Source: Podospora anserina
Taxonomy: Eukaryota
Length of the DNA stretch: 64,000 nucleotides
Assembly (NCBI GenBank): GCA_017654855.1
Contig: CM030332.1
Span: 4,216,001-4,280,000, forward strand
Reading direction: 5' to 3'
The translations under genes were made by a program, and so were the position numbers. How positions within the stretch are numbered: the first letter of the stretch is position 1; the number at the start of each line of letters is the position of its first letter. A model generated the notes under the pieces. The model saw nothing but the letters and a program-made list of their open reading frames with translations. It made no database searches and was not told the DNA's origin. Positions 38,416 to 50,222 of the stretch are shown here, piece after piece.

Positions 38416-41400
38416 TCAGTCCGCAGACCTCAAGCCATTCACCCCCACAAAGTTGGTGTACTCACACCTGCAACCCCCAGTACCACCATCCATCCCCCCA
38501 AAGCTCGGGTTGAAGAACCCGCCCGGGTTGACCAAATCCCCCGTGTTGTTCATCTGATTGAGGAACAGTTTCGCCTCACTGGTGACAACCCTCCGCCTCT
38601 CATCCACCCCCCTCATAAAAACAAATTTATTCCCCGGGATACCCCCGTGCGTATCAAGCGTGACCGTAATCGGGTAAGGGAACGTGCCGGGCTGTGTCCC
38701 GTTTACATTCGCCTCCCGACCGCCAAACCCGCCGATTAGCTTGGTGGTGTTGGACTTGCGAGTCCAGATCTCGACTTTATACCGGACCGACAGCCAGGTA
38801 ACGACAAATTTCGCTTCTGAGATGGGGGAGCCGCCGTTGCGGTCGATGGAGGGGGGAAGCCGCTCGTTGAGGGAGGAGAGGTAGATTGTTTTGTTGTAGT
38901 ACGAGTAGAAAGAGTATCGTTCTGTTGGTAGGCCGCGGTCGTAGAGGCGGAGGGGTTGCTGAGTGGGAAAGTGGAGGTGGTTGGCGGGCGCGGCGGTGCC
39001 GTCTTTGTTTAGGATGGGTGGGGGGACGAGGTCGGAGATGTTGAGGGCGGGGGAGAGGTTGCCTGAGGCTTGGCGGGGTTGGTTTTGATGGTCGTCAAAT
39101 CCCCCCCTGCGGGTGAGGAGGTTGGGGCCGACGGTGGAGTTCACGGAGCGGAGGATGGAGATGTAGAAGGGGGTGGGCTCGCCGGCTTTGTCGTCAGAGA
39201 CAACACCGTCGGTGGTGTTGCCTAGGAAGAACATGTCTTGGAAGGTGGGGGGGTCGGGGACGGGTTTGAGGATGAGGTTGCCGGGGGTTTGGCGGGGTGT
39301 GACGAAGAGTCGGCGGAGGATGGTTGAGAAGCTGATGCCGTTGCTGCGGATGGAGACGGAGCGGGTGGTGGTGCGGTTCCGGCCGACTGTGCGGTTGAGT
39401 TCATCTAGGGGTCTTCCGGTTCCGAGGTCTATGGGGGTAGGCCGGGGGGGTTCTTGACCGGTGACGTTCCATGTCTGTCTGGTGTTGTTGTCGAACTGGA
39501 TTTGAAGGATGAAGCTTGGCTGGTCCGCGTTGAAAGGGGCCACGGAATCGGCCTCTTCTTTTGGGAGCGAGCAACTCCAAAGTGTTGCCGGTTGGATACA
39601 GACTGTGCTTGAGTCTGACTGAGTTCCTATCACTGTCGAAATGCCAGTGGGCATTGGTGGGAAGTCGGTGAGGTTGAGAAACCGTGATGGGATGCTTGCT
39701 TCGGCCACTGTGCGCCGTGATAGAACCACTCCAAGGACAACCCCCAAAATGATCATGGAGATGAGGGCAGCAAGGATGCCAAAGCACACTCGTCTCCGCT
39801 TCCGTCCCTCGGGCCCTGGCTTCCCAAGAGCACCGCAGCATGGGAAACACCCACGCCCTACTTTCCTCGCCACAAAGTCTTCTTTCTCGTGCCTCCTTCG
39901 CTTTCGTTCTGCCGCCAAGTTGGGCAAATAGTTTGCTGGGAGAAAAGACCCTATCGGCCGGTCTGGCAGCCGCATCTGTGTCGGAGGTGGTGTTAGAGGA
40001 ACATTTTGGAGACCGATGGCGCCTTGGGATGTCATTGTCTGCGATAAACCAACAGGGACGGGACCTGGTGATGGGGGGAACATGGTGGTCGCAGCGTGGC
40101 CTGGAGGAAGCACCGCCTGGTAACGAACATTCTCCTGTCTATGTGGAGGTGAATAGGGAGGCGGGAACTCGGGTGTTCGAGATTCCTCAACCAGGATGCG
40201 TGACTTTTCTGTTTGGGTCTCGGGTTGAGACACTACTGTTGATGCTGGTACCGGTGTCGGAGCTGGAGCTGGAGCTGGGGCTGCTCTCGGGGCTGTAATA
40301 GGTGTCGGTACTGGTGCTGGTGCTGATCCTGGCGGGTTTGGAGTTGATTGCGTGGGCTCAACTGGTGAAAAGTCCTGAACAATGATGCGTGGCGGACGTT
40401 GCTGTGGAATTGTCTCAATCTTCGAACTGCTAGACTGGCCAAAATTGGACCTCGTGAGAACAGGCGAGAGCCCCGTCTTTTGGTTTGTCGTTTCCCACCA
40501 TTCAGTATTCACCTTTGGCTCAGCAGCTTCTCCTACAGTCGGGAGTCTTGGTGTTGCTGGGGTTGGTACAAAAGGGGAAGTGACTTGATCCCACCATCCC
40601 TGAGATCGCGTACTCCCACCAGTATTTGACCTCTGCCTGTTAGTGTGGCTGTATGACTTTTTGGTGACTACTGGACTGCCATCTTCCTCAAAAAGCGTCA
40701 CGGGTGTGTCCATATCGCTGTCATCGTCACTGACATAAAATGCAGTTGTTGCCGTGTCTCGTCTGTTGTTGCCCTCTTTGCTCATCCCAAAGCCATCCAC
40801 ACGATCGCGGTCAGATATAGGAGAGAATTCCTGACCTCTGTAGCCAGAAGGGATGGATGGAACGGCTGGGACATAGGCCGTTTGTGGAAGGATCATGCCA
40901 TCGAGACCCCGAGGGGAGAAATCGTCCTCGGTATCCGGTGACCATGCAGATACCGGCTGCTTTGATGGCGGTGATGTTGGTGGTTGGCGAAAATAGGGGG
41001 GCAAGTCCACTGGTGTCTCGACCACAGCTGTATGGGGGCTGATGACTACATCCGAGTCTGTAGGCATCTCGAAGCCGATCATAATAGGCCCGGCACTAGG
41101 TGAGAGATCAACCTGCGGCGAAGACTCAGCAACTAGCCTATCGACTCTTTTGCCTTTTGTCGGCTTCCGTTTCAGCCAGCCGAAAGTGCTGCTAGATTCA
41201 CCGTTCTGTTGCCCTTCCAAAGCTAACAAGGCGGCGGCATCAACGAATTTCCCTGTTCGACTCTCGCGATTTGCCGAATTCAGTTTCATTTGGTTGGCGA
41301 TATGCTGCTGCTTCTGTTGACGGAACTTGGACATGTCGGTGACCAGTTTGATGCCCGCCCTTGCGTTTTGTGCCTTTTGTCTATGTCGAGATTTTAACCT

Positions 41401-41634
41401 CTTCACCTTCTGTACGGACAGGCGTGGTGCTAAAGAGGCGGTTGTTGTCTGACTTGGCTGTCCAGATGGAAATGGGTCTGTGTTGATGTCCACCAAGGGG
41501 CCGTCCATGGGGGCAGCTGTCATGGGAGTCAACACTTCATCATCCTCCCATTCTTCCCAGTCCTCCTTGGTCCTGCCAGTGAGGTGGCTGCTGGGACGAT
41601 AGGGAGGGGTCCGTAAGTCGTTCGTGTTGTCCAT
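38416..41634 (-). CDS. Large single-pass membrane protein of unknown function (about 1070 aa, intronless)
   Basis: Long ORF with a likely start at MDNTNDL (41634). It has a disordered Pro/Ser-rich N-terminus with PPPY, then GCFPCCG, a basic stretch and one hydrophobic helix (VCFGILAALISMIILGVVLGVVL), then a domain with Cys residues and many NxS/T sequons. Confidence 0.8.
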   Translation of the reverse strand: MDNTNDLRTPPYRPSSHLTGRTKEDWEEWEDDEVLTPMTAAPMDGPLVDINTDPFPSGQPSQTTTASLAPRLSVQKVKRLKSRHRQKAQNARAGIKLVTDMSKFRQQKQQHIANQMKLNSANRESRTGKFVDAAALLALEGQQNGESSSTFGWLKRKPTKGKRVDRLVAESSPQVDLSPSAGPIMIGFEMPTDSDVVISPHTAVVETPVDLPPYFRQPPTSPPSKQPVSAWSPDTEDDFSPRGLDGMILPQTAYVPAVPSIPSGYRGQEFSPISDRDRVDGFGMSKEGNNRRDTATTAFYVSDDDSDMDTPVTLFEEDGSPVVTKKSYSHTNRQRSNTGGSTRSQGWWDQVTSPFVPTPATPRLPTVGEAAEPKVNTEWWETTNQKTGLSPVLTRSNFGQSSSSKIETIPQQRPPRIIVQDFSPVEPTQSTPNPPGSAPAPVPTPITAPRAAPAPAPAPTPVPASTVVSQPETQTEKSRILVEESRTPEFPPPYSPPHRQENVRYQAVLPPGHAATTMFPPSPGPVPVGLSQTMTSQGAIGLQNVPLTPPPTQMRLPDRPIGSFLPANYLPNLAAERKRRRHEKEDFVARKVGRGCFPCCGALGKPGPEGRKRRRVCFGILAALISMIILGVVLGVVLSRRTVAEASIPSRFLNLTDFPPMPTGISTVIGTQSDSSTVCIQPATLWSCSLPKEEADSVAPFNADQPSFILQIQFDNNTRQTWNVTGQEPPRPTPIDLGTGRPLDELNRTVGRNRTTTRSVSIRSNGISFSTILRRLFVTPRQTPGNLILKPVPDPPTFQDMFFLGNTTDGVVSDDKAGEPTPFYISILRSVNSTVGPNLLTRRGGFDDHQNQPRQASGNLSPALNISDLVPPPILNKDGTAAPANHLHFPTQQPLRLYDRGLPTERYSFYSYYNKTIYLSSLNERLPPSIDRNGGSPISEAKFVVTWLSVRYKVEIWTRKSNTTKLIGGFGGREANVNGTQPGTFPYPITVTLDTHGGIPGNKFVFMRGVDERRRVVTSEAKLFLNQMNNTGDLVNPGGFFNPSFGGMDGGTGGCRCEYTNFVGVNGLRSAD

Positions 41635-42781
41635 GTTGGGTGTATTGATTAAATTGTGCTTGATTATGTAGCGATGGTTGGTGTGTGATGGGCTCTTGTC
41701 AGAAATATTATTAGGAAGAGGAAATTTGTTGCAAGTCGAAATGGAACCAGGCCATTTGGCAACAAGACCTTTGTAGAAGACTTCGATATGGCCACAGGTG
41801 AGTGGCAACGTGATTGAATTGTGTCCCGGTGATTAGAATCCTTCCAATCAATAGACAATAGAAAAGAAAGGAGCACCTTGAGGAAGAACCGGCATTTCTC
41901 GGTGCAGGTGGCTGTTTCAAAGAAAGCCAACAATGCAAGTCCACCAGGAACAATGGAGCCAGAACAATAGGAACAATGGAGAGAGAAAACCACGAGAAGA
42001 ACGACAGATAGAAAAGAGAGGCAAGTGAATAATTTGCAAGGAGAAACCAAACACAGTCACCACCAGCCATTTCACCACCACCTAACCGGGAATCCGACTC
42101 ATGGATCCATTCGCGGATGTCTGAGTGGCTCGCCTCTGGCCGGACTGCATCTGCCCATGTTTGCGAGAAAGGGCTCGTCGTTAAGCAGAGCGCTCTCTGT
42201 GGACAGAAGGAAATGCCCCATTTGATGGGGCATGAGAACTGTGTGGAATAAGCGCTGCGAGGTTGCTTCGCGCCGAGGGATTGGCCACGGCGAAGCGCCC
42301 ATGTATACCCATGGTCTTGAACTTGATGTTGATTGGTTCCTAGTCGCGGCTGCATTCAGACCCGTCCATCCAATTGTGCTCATCGTGTCGCTTCGCAGCG
42401 CAACACGGAGATTGAAAGCTCCACACAGCTAGTGAAGAGTCCAGAACAACAAATCTGTCGCGTCATGGCATTTGATGAAACCGAAGCTGGCTGAAAAGAT
42501 GGTGACTGGTTTCCAGTGGATTTGTTTCCGCCTGTTCGTGAACTGTGGAAGGTGGGTGGGATACGGGTGTGGCCCGTGCGTCCCGCTCAAAACCCACAAC
42601 AACACAGGCGAAGTTCGAGATCCTTGAACAAATCACCATCTAAACATCACAGCTTGATGGTTTCTCGAGCTGTCTACTGACTGATCGTTAGGTAGACACG
42701 GCCCATATTTCTAGTAACACCAGTCTGTACTCTCACCTAAACCCACAGGCAGCTTCTCTGCTGAGATTCCAGGCAAGCGCT

Positions 42782-42827
42782 GCCAAGTCCGCCAAGCGTC
42801 CAGCTCTTGCCAAGCTTTATTGCCAAG
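42782..42827 (+). promoter_or_regulatory. Cluster of four GCCAAG (PacC/Rim101 consensus GCCARG) sites
   Basis: Exact GCCAAG at 42782, 42791, 42809 and 42822, all in the same orientation. Confidence 0.55.
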
Positions 42828-43018
42828 CCGTCAAGGGCTGCAAGAAAGACGTCACTAAGGTCCCTTGCAACTTAAATCTGTGTTGGCTGCAACATATCTT
42901 GATCGATTAACCTCAACGACACATAAATGAACATAGATCAATGACATGATATTTTGATAACCACATCCTTGTTTCCAGCGAAGTTCCACTACCTCCACTA
43001 TCTCGTTTCTCCAGGTAT

Positions 43019-43212
43019 CTAGCAACAAACACACTCCTCGCCGCAGCAACAGCAATCGCACTCTTCCACAAATCCACCACGCATGCCCACTTCAGGTTGA
43101 GGTTCCGCACTCTGTTGACAAAATGAGTCAGGCATGTGAGATATATCCAACATCATCTCAAGAGACTCACAGGTTGCCTTGTTACCAGACCGTCGAGTGG
43201 AATAGCCTCCAT
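43019..43212 (-). CDS. Spliced 44-aa Cys-rich microprotein MEAIPLDGLVTRQP|SAEPQPEVGMRGGFVEECDCCCCGEECVCC
   Basis: Exon 1 is 43212-43171 (42 nt). The 59-nt intron 43170-43112 has a GTGAGT donor, CTGAC branch and CAACAG acceptor. Exon 2 is 43111-43019 (93 nt including TAG). The join is phase 0 and in frame. Confidence 0.65.
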
Positions 43213-46084
43213 GGGCTGCTTTGTTGAGGGTCATCATCGGAGGGCATTATCTTGGTTTTGAAAGAGACTGGCTTCAAGAGCTGATGAAGATGTAGGTAGG
43301 ATATGATCTAAAGACGACGGCGTGCACACTAGGCCCCATTTATCACATTTCAGCATCCTACCTATTAGGAGACTGTAATGGGCCAGAAGCCAACAAACCG
43401 ATGAAAACCAGACTGCCGTGCTTTCCGTATTTCGTCATCCTTTAGCTGTACGTTTCTCAACAGCCAAAATGATGCTGTTTCCGGCCATCGAAATAACCGG
43501 GTATGTTAAAACGCCAACAGCGGCCTGTGCGTGAGCGAATTTTCATAGGATGAACAACCACAACACCGGAGCTGGTTGTGCGTTTTATGCATGGCTTACT
43601 GATATAAGTCACAAGGACTGACATCTCCAATCAGGTTGAGGGCTTCATCGCCAGTGGCACTCGAATCAATTATGGTGTCAGACGAATATATGGATGTCGT
43701 ATCCACCGGCACTTGAATTCACCATCGATTACGCCCTTACGAACCGCTGGGCCCGGTCTGGCAACCATCCACACCAAGTAGACTGTCAGAACGGCGTAAA
43801 AACGGGAAACGGCGCCCAACCCCCTCAATGATCATGCCCCGACAAAGAAGGCTAGCACGGGAAACTGAAAACCCATGCCAACACATGTTAACGATGAGGA
43901 TTGTACCTTGTGAAGAGGTTAGAGAGCCGAGAGAGAGGTCAAAGCCTCCAAGACAGTGAATCAGTCACTCGAGTGGCTCGATAGAATCGTCTTCTATCAC
44001 AGTGATGACTGTACTAAGATGTCAATATGTCCAGAAAGGCAATCTGGAAGATGTAGTATGATATCTCGATGCCAAGTGAAACAGTGTTTCAAGGTAAAAA
44101 CGATGTTTTTTTGCATTCGACAATCCCGCCAGCATTGTCATGCCGTCTTGGAATCGCCCCAAACTCGGAACAGACAGTTTCTAGAAACGCCGGCAAATGT
44201 TCTATCACGGGGGCCAAACCCCAGGAAAATGTTTGCTTGGCAAGATCATCTCGCTCACATTTCATTGTTCCGCGTCCTGGTATTTGGCACTCTGCAATAT
44301 TTCCGAAAGTTTGGATGTCAGATGCTGGTCGGCGGCTCAGCACAACTCATAAGTCTCGTGCCAAGAAAATGTCCATCTTCACAAACATGAAGACCATCAA
44401 GGAGTCCAGTAAAAGAGCCAACTTAGTGTTCAGATGTGAGCTTTTCCGGCCCACCTAGGTATCTTACCGGCAAGCACTATCACGGCCGTTTTGCCTTTTA
44501 AGATCTGATGCTGCAGAACGCCACCGAGGAACCATTTTCAATTGGGGCGCTGAGAGTTGATAGTGGGTAAGATTACGCAGCCTTGGCACCTTTTCAACAA
44601 CGACTTGAAGGAAAAGGGGATGCGATGGAGTGACGGCCAATAGGTATGGAAATCCGAACCTCATCTGTCACCTCTCTCCCTATCCCAGCTTTCATGTGTC
44701 CGGATCCGGTCTACTGCTGTTCTACCGCTGATCCGAACCGGTGTCTGAATTCGTCGGATACACGCGTAAACATGGCCCCGAATCGCGTCACCCGCAACCT
44801 GGAACTTGTCAGGGGATTGTCGTGACTTGAGGACTTCTGGAGAAATGGAGAAATTGGTGATGGCGTTTGTGAACGTTGGGGTCTTGGTTTCTAACCCCCC
44901 CTGAAATTGAACGGTTCTGAGAGATAAGGTGGACGCTACCCGACGTTTAGCGTGTTGCAGACAGGTTGATCTCTGGCAATGATTTGTCCCATGTTTCCAT
45001 CTGCGACCTTGAAAATCCTGAGAATCCCGTCCTACGCTGCAAACGGAGAGACAGTGACGGGATGGAAACAAATATGGAGTTGAAGACAACAAGCCAGCTG
45101 TTTCTCGTATATGTGCTCACAGTCAGAATCAGAGGCTCATCAGGACTGGCAAGCATCGGGGTTTTACCTCAGCCCAGGGAGTTGAAGAAACAGGGGCCCT
45201 CCACGGGCCCCAGGCCAAGGAGCGAGGACCCTGCCGAACAAACAAGGGGGGAGGAAAAAGCTGGCTGACCGCTGCCGAAAAAGTCTTGGCTTCACAATGT
45301 CCACTCTGGCCAAATCCTCAACAACAATTGTTTGATAATTTCGAACAAACTCGACATCCACCGCCCCTCAAGCATACCTATGAATCCCAATCCCGCTCCT
45401 TCATCTGCACCGACGACCAAACCCCGCAGCGTCGCCCCGCGTGGATCGAGGCGCGCACAGAGCGTCCAGAGGGAGTGACGAAGAGACGACAGTCTTACAG
45501 CACCACCACATCACTGGATCTGCCGTTTCGGTAGGCGGTACAGCAGACGCCTCGTCGTTTATTCGGCTGCAACTGCGAGTTTCACCAGCTGCAATCGCAA
45601 TCAAGACTGGAATAAATCCCCCCCACAAATCGAAAGCTTGGTGAGGTGGCTCCCGTCCCTCCCATTCAACCACCCAATCGCCAGCGCCCCATCCCCGTAC
45701 GACGTTGAAGAAAAACCCACAAACTGGCGTCCTCCCAGAACGGCGGAGCGTCGTCGTCGTCGTTCAGCGACCGACCGGTACGGTCCCATCACCGAAGACG
45801 CTCATCCGCCGCCGGACCCAGTCCAGGTAGTCTGCGATTGGACAACCGACGCTCTCCTTCGGCCTATTTGACCGTCCAGCCTCAGCATCAGCCTCAGGGA
45901 CCTCTCTCGCCGATTCCAGGTACGTGGCTACTATCCACCTGGTCCTCGTGTTCCCCCTTCGGCCGCCAGCAGCCACGGGTGACAAGCACTCTTTGTGTTT
46001 GCGCAAACCCTTGTGTGGAATGTATATCACACAGCAACAAGCTAATCCCTCCTCCTTCGATTTCTAGGCACACCCAGTTTCCCG

Positions 46085-47586
46085 ATGTCCTTGTCTCGCA
46101 GTCCATCTCCCGTACCTGGCGGCGGTTGGGCCAGCCCAGGTCTCAACATCGGCAGCGGTCGATCGAGTCCAACCAGAGGATACACAGGGGGGTCGAGCAG
46201 CGCAACGCCTGTCATGTGGGAATCATCAAGACTAAAAAAGGCTGGCGGGTCCGGGTACCCTTCCTTTGCGACGCAGAACTCGGGCTTCCTGTCAAAACAC
46301 ATGCGCAAGATATCGAGCAGCCTCCCCCGTTTCAACAGCTCCAGCAGCTCGCCCTATTCCGAGAAAGAGAAGCTTGGCCGTGGTAGATGGTCGGCTCAAA
46401 ACGTACCGTTGCTGGGAAGATTACGGGCTCTCATGGGACGCATGGGCCGGAAGATGAAGATACGGCTACTCATTTTGCTTATGCTTTTATTTTGCATCAT
46501 CGTATTTTACAATACTCGTAAGTGGACATCTAGGGACGGGTAGCTCGGACGAGCCGCGGTTAACAATACGCCCAGCTTTGGTATATCACTGGAGAAGAAC
46601 GTCATGGCTTGGCGGCGGTCAAAAGTTTGTCATCATATTGGCTGCCAACGTTGGTGGCGGTGTCATGGAGTGGAAGGGAGCACGAGAATGGGCGATTGAG
46701 CGAGACTCGGTTAGGAACAAAAAGAAATACGTGGGCAGATGGGGATACGATCTGGAGATTGTCGACATGAGCACCAAGAAACGGTATGCCCACGAATGGC
46801 GCGAGAGTTGGGAGAAGGTGGATTTCATTCGCACAGCGCTCAGAAAGTACCCCAAGGCCGAATGGTATGTCTGGTTGCTGCTTCCTGTCCACTCGTCCGA
46901 TGGTAGCTAACGCATATTCTAGGATCTGGTGGCTTGATCTGAACACCTTCATCATGGAACCAAGCTATTCACTCCAGGACCACATCTTCGACAACCTTCA
47001 CAAGCATGTCTACCGTGACATCAACGAATACAACCCGCTCAACATCACACACCCGATGACGGACGAGTACCTCGACGCTGATTCGCGAAGCCCCGTGGGT
47101 GATGGCAACGTCAACTCGGTGAACTTGATCCTGCCCCAGGACTGCTCTGGATTCAACCTTGGCTCCTTCTTTGTTCGCCGGAGCCCGTGGACTGACCGGT
47201 TGCTGGATGTCTGGTGGGATCCTGTGGCATACGAACAGAGGCACATGGAGTGGGAGCATAAGGAGCAGGATGCGCTGGAGCAGCTGTACACTACTCAGCC
47301 CTGGATCCGGAAGCACACTGGTTTCCTTCCGCAGCGCATGATCAACAGCTTCCCACCGGGGGCGTGCTCAGAGAACGGCAACGACACCCGGATCCACTAC
47401 GATCAAAAGGACCGGGACTTTTTGGTCAACATGGCTGGTTGCGAATGGGGCCGCGACTGTTGGGGAGAAATGTACAATTACCGTGAGCTCAGCTACTGGC
47501 TCAACCGAAACCCCTGGGAGCTCTTCAAGGAGGAGTTTGTGGCTGTCATTTGGTTCAAACTCACGGGCCAAAAGGTCAAACTTTAA
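46085..47586 (+). CDS. MNN10: GT34 glycosyltransferase, Mnn10-type (mannan polymerase II subunit / galactosyltransferase-like), 3 exons
   Basis: Type II membrane anchor (IRLLILLMLLFCIIVFY) and motifs WEKVDFIR..LRKYPKAEW|IWWLDLNT, GFNLGSFF, EQDAL and DFLVNMAGC. Introns at 46518-46575 and approx. 46865-46922. Confidence 0.88.
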
Positions 47587-50222
47587 GAAGGCTGGTTTGG
47601 AAGCCTTTCTACGAAGACACGATCACGATATTCAGGATCTACGAGCTTCCGTTTCTACATTTGTCCCTTGCCGAATTATTGACGAGCAAAGGGACGTTAC
47701 ATAATCTTTTGGCCAATAGAAGCAAGAGGGGTATTTGTCCCTTCTCTGCGCTGTTTTTAGTATATTCACATCATCCTTGTTTTGCATAGCCGTCGCAACA
47801 CTTGAAAGGAGATTACAGGCACGCATCTCTTCTTCAATGTTACTTTTTTGTTTTCTCTCTTACGAGGGAGATGTTCGCATTTGAGCGGCTGTGGCAGGCA
47901 ACAGTGTTTCGACCCATTTTTTTTCCCTTTGCAAGCTCATCTGTCCCACGCGGTGCCGTATTGCTTGTGACGGAGGAGGCCATTTGATTCTTTGGTGGGG
48001 AGGGGGGGCGGACGGTATTTTCTGTCATGGATTGACAATTAAAAGGCGGGCGGGCAAGGGAGAGTTGGAGGACAAATGGGAGGGGGAGGTCTGGGTGGGT
48101 TGGGAGTACAGGGTTTTGGATAGGGTTGTACATAACATCACACACATACACACAAGTTATAGGGACTTTTTTACATGATGCATCATGTGTATCCATGGAG
48201 AGTATCTTTGCTACCTACTACCGGGCACGGGATATAACATACACGAGAGACATGGTTGTTGTAACTTGGGGGCTTAAGCCTCGGAAACAGCAATGATTTT
48301 TCAAAGATGAGAGCTGGAATCTGCTGAGGGCCGACAGAAAGCTGACGATCGAACCCCGGGTTACTACTTTCATCTCAGGTCTAGCATGGTGGAGAGAGGG
48401 GTGGAACATCAGATCACGCAGGCTGTCAAAAAAGATTTGATGCTGTGTGACGGGGCACGTTGTGTGTCTCTGATGATGATGATGATGATGATGGACGGGA
48501 GTGATGCATTGTTGAAGACATTACCGAGGTTCGGCGGTATTGCTTTAGGGGGATTGTACCTGACTTGTGGAACGTTGGATGTTATGAGGGTTGGAATCTC
48601 GGCCGAGCCGGGGGAGGGGAGAAAAAGGGCAATATATTGTCTGAAATGGATGGTTGATGAGATTTCGAATGCTGGCCAAACAAGGAAGGAAGGTAAAGAG
48701 CGAGGGAAACGTAACATGAAACTTTACAGACTTTGATTCGGAGAAATAGCCAGAGATGGAATGTGATGAGGATGGGTAGAGAGGTAAAGGTATGGATGAT
48801 ATACGTGAGCTGAGGTTGAGGTTTTTGTGAGGCTGAAAGAGATGCAGATGGTGGTGTGGGTGAGGATGATGGTTTGACCAGATGAGGAAGGCGCACGGAC
48901 CAAATGGTGTAAGTGGTTTCACTGGACTGCATCGACCAAGAGTCTGAGTGGTGATTGGTTGAATTTCAAGCGCCAGACCTGGGACCACTCGATTGGCTTT
49001 GGCTTCTTCAACCTGGCGCAGAGAGAGCAAACTCTTGGAAAACAGACCAAACCCAGTGAGAGGTTTTGCTTTGGATGGTAATTTTCCCATGACTGGTTCC
49101 TGGCTTTTGGAGCTGCGATCTTCCAAGACTTTTGCCGATGGGTCTTGACCGTCTCTCGGCCTCCCATCTGATGCTTTGTGTATACTATCGGGGGAAAGCA
49201 ACGTTTCGTTGCTCACAGGTACTGCCACCTATTACCCGCGCTCTCCGATTCAAGGGGTTCATGGAAGTGTGTGGTGGGGGAAAGGGAAAGAACCAAGCAC
49301 TGGTTTTGTCTCGCCTGGATATGTTCTATCCTGAGCGGCTGGTGAGAAGGGCAAGCTCTGACAACCGCGCGTCGTGGTGTATGGCAGGTCCGGTTGCATG
49401 GACCCCCTTGTTGCTGGTAGTTTACGTTTTTGGAAAACCTTACAGTTTGAGGTTCCCCCTCAGCTTGGCAAGCAACCCTCTTTCTTTTCTTGACTGACTG
49501 ACTGGGTAGAGACACTCTTGATATTAGGTGTTGAGTCTGCAATTTGGCGTCTCCGGGGGGAAGGATTCCCTGTCTGCTGGGCTCAGGCAGGACTGCCAAG
49601 TGGCCGAGATGGGGGAGAGCTGTCCAGTGTTTTGGGTGTGAGTGGCACTTTGGCCTTGTCAGGGCTGGATGGGGGGGAGGATGGATCGCGGGCTTTTTGA
49701 GAGACCCGAATGAGTGGGTTGGTGTGTACATGCAGAAGTCTGCATTGGAGTCGAGGGGGTATTTGACTAGACTGTATCTCCTGCTTTGGGGCGACCTTCT
49801 TTTTGGGCCACGCTAGAATTCATCCGGTCTTTACTCGACTTGCAGACGCAGTTTGCTACGTTCTCTTGTTTTCACTTTTTGGGGTGCCATTCATTGTAGT
49901 GACGGTCCAGCTGGTTATCGTTGGTTCTCCTATTGTCTGTTGTTGGTTGCTCTACACAAAGGGGCCCACGTCTTCAGGACGACAATAACCATTGTTTGTT
50001 GAGAATACATTGTCCTTATCGGTTGCCCTTCACTTATACCACCCTCGGAGACCACTGTCATTTCGCATATTTATTTTCAACATCTACAACTCAAGGCAAT
50101 CTCAGCGCTCTCTTAGCAACACACAACAAACCCCAGAAGCAGGTCTTCTTCAGCAAATAGTTTCACACAACGAATAGATCAGCACACCATACCCCTGGAA
50201 AAGACGTCACGACAGTACTGAA

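Noticed and set aside
43956-45361. Several 80-145-aa ORFs on both strands
   Set aside because: No recognisable protein or transposase motifs and no consistent splice structure.
48078-48104. G-quadruplex-like G-runs
   Set aside because: Such runs are common in the G-skewed 3' flanks throughout this window, so they are not distinctive.
48761-48814. Box C (GTGATGA) and box D (CTGA) pair suggesting a snoRNA
   Set aside because: The span is short, there is no terminal stem and I could not identify a guide sequence; it lies in purine-rich low-complexity DNA.
48545-49731. Adjacent 172-aa and 227-aa minus-strand ORFs
   Set aside because: One starts at GTG, no convincing intron links them and the sequence is low complexity. 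An orphan gene is not excluded but is unsupported.
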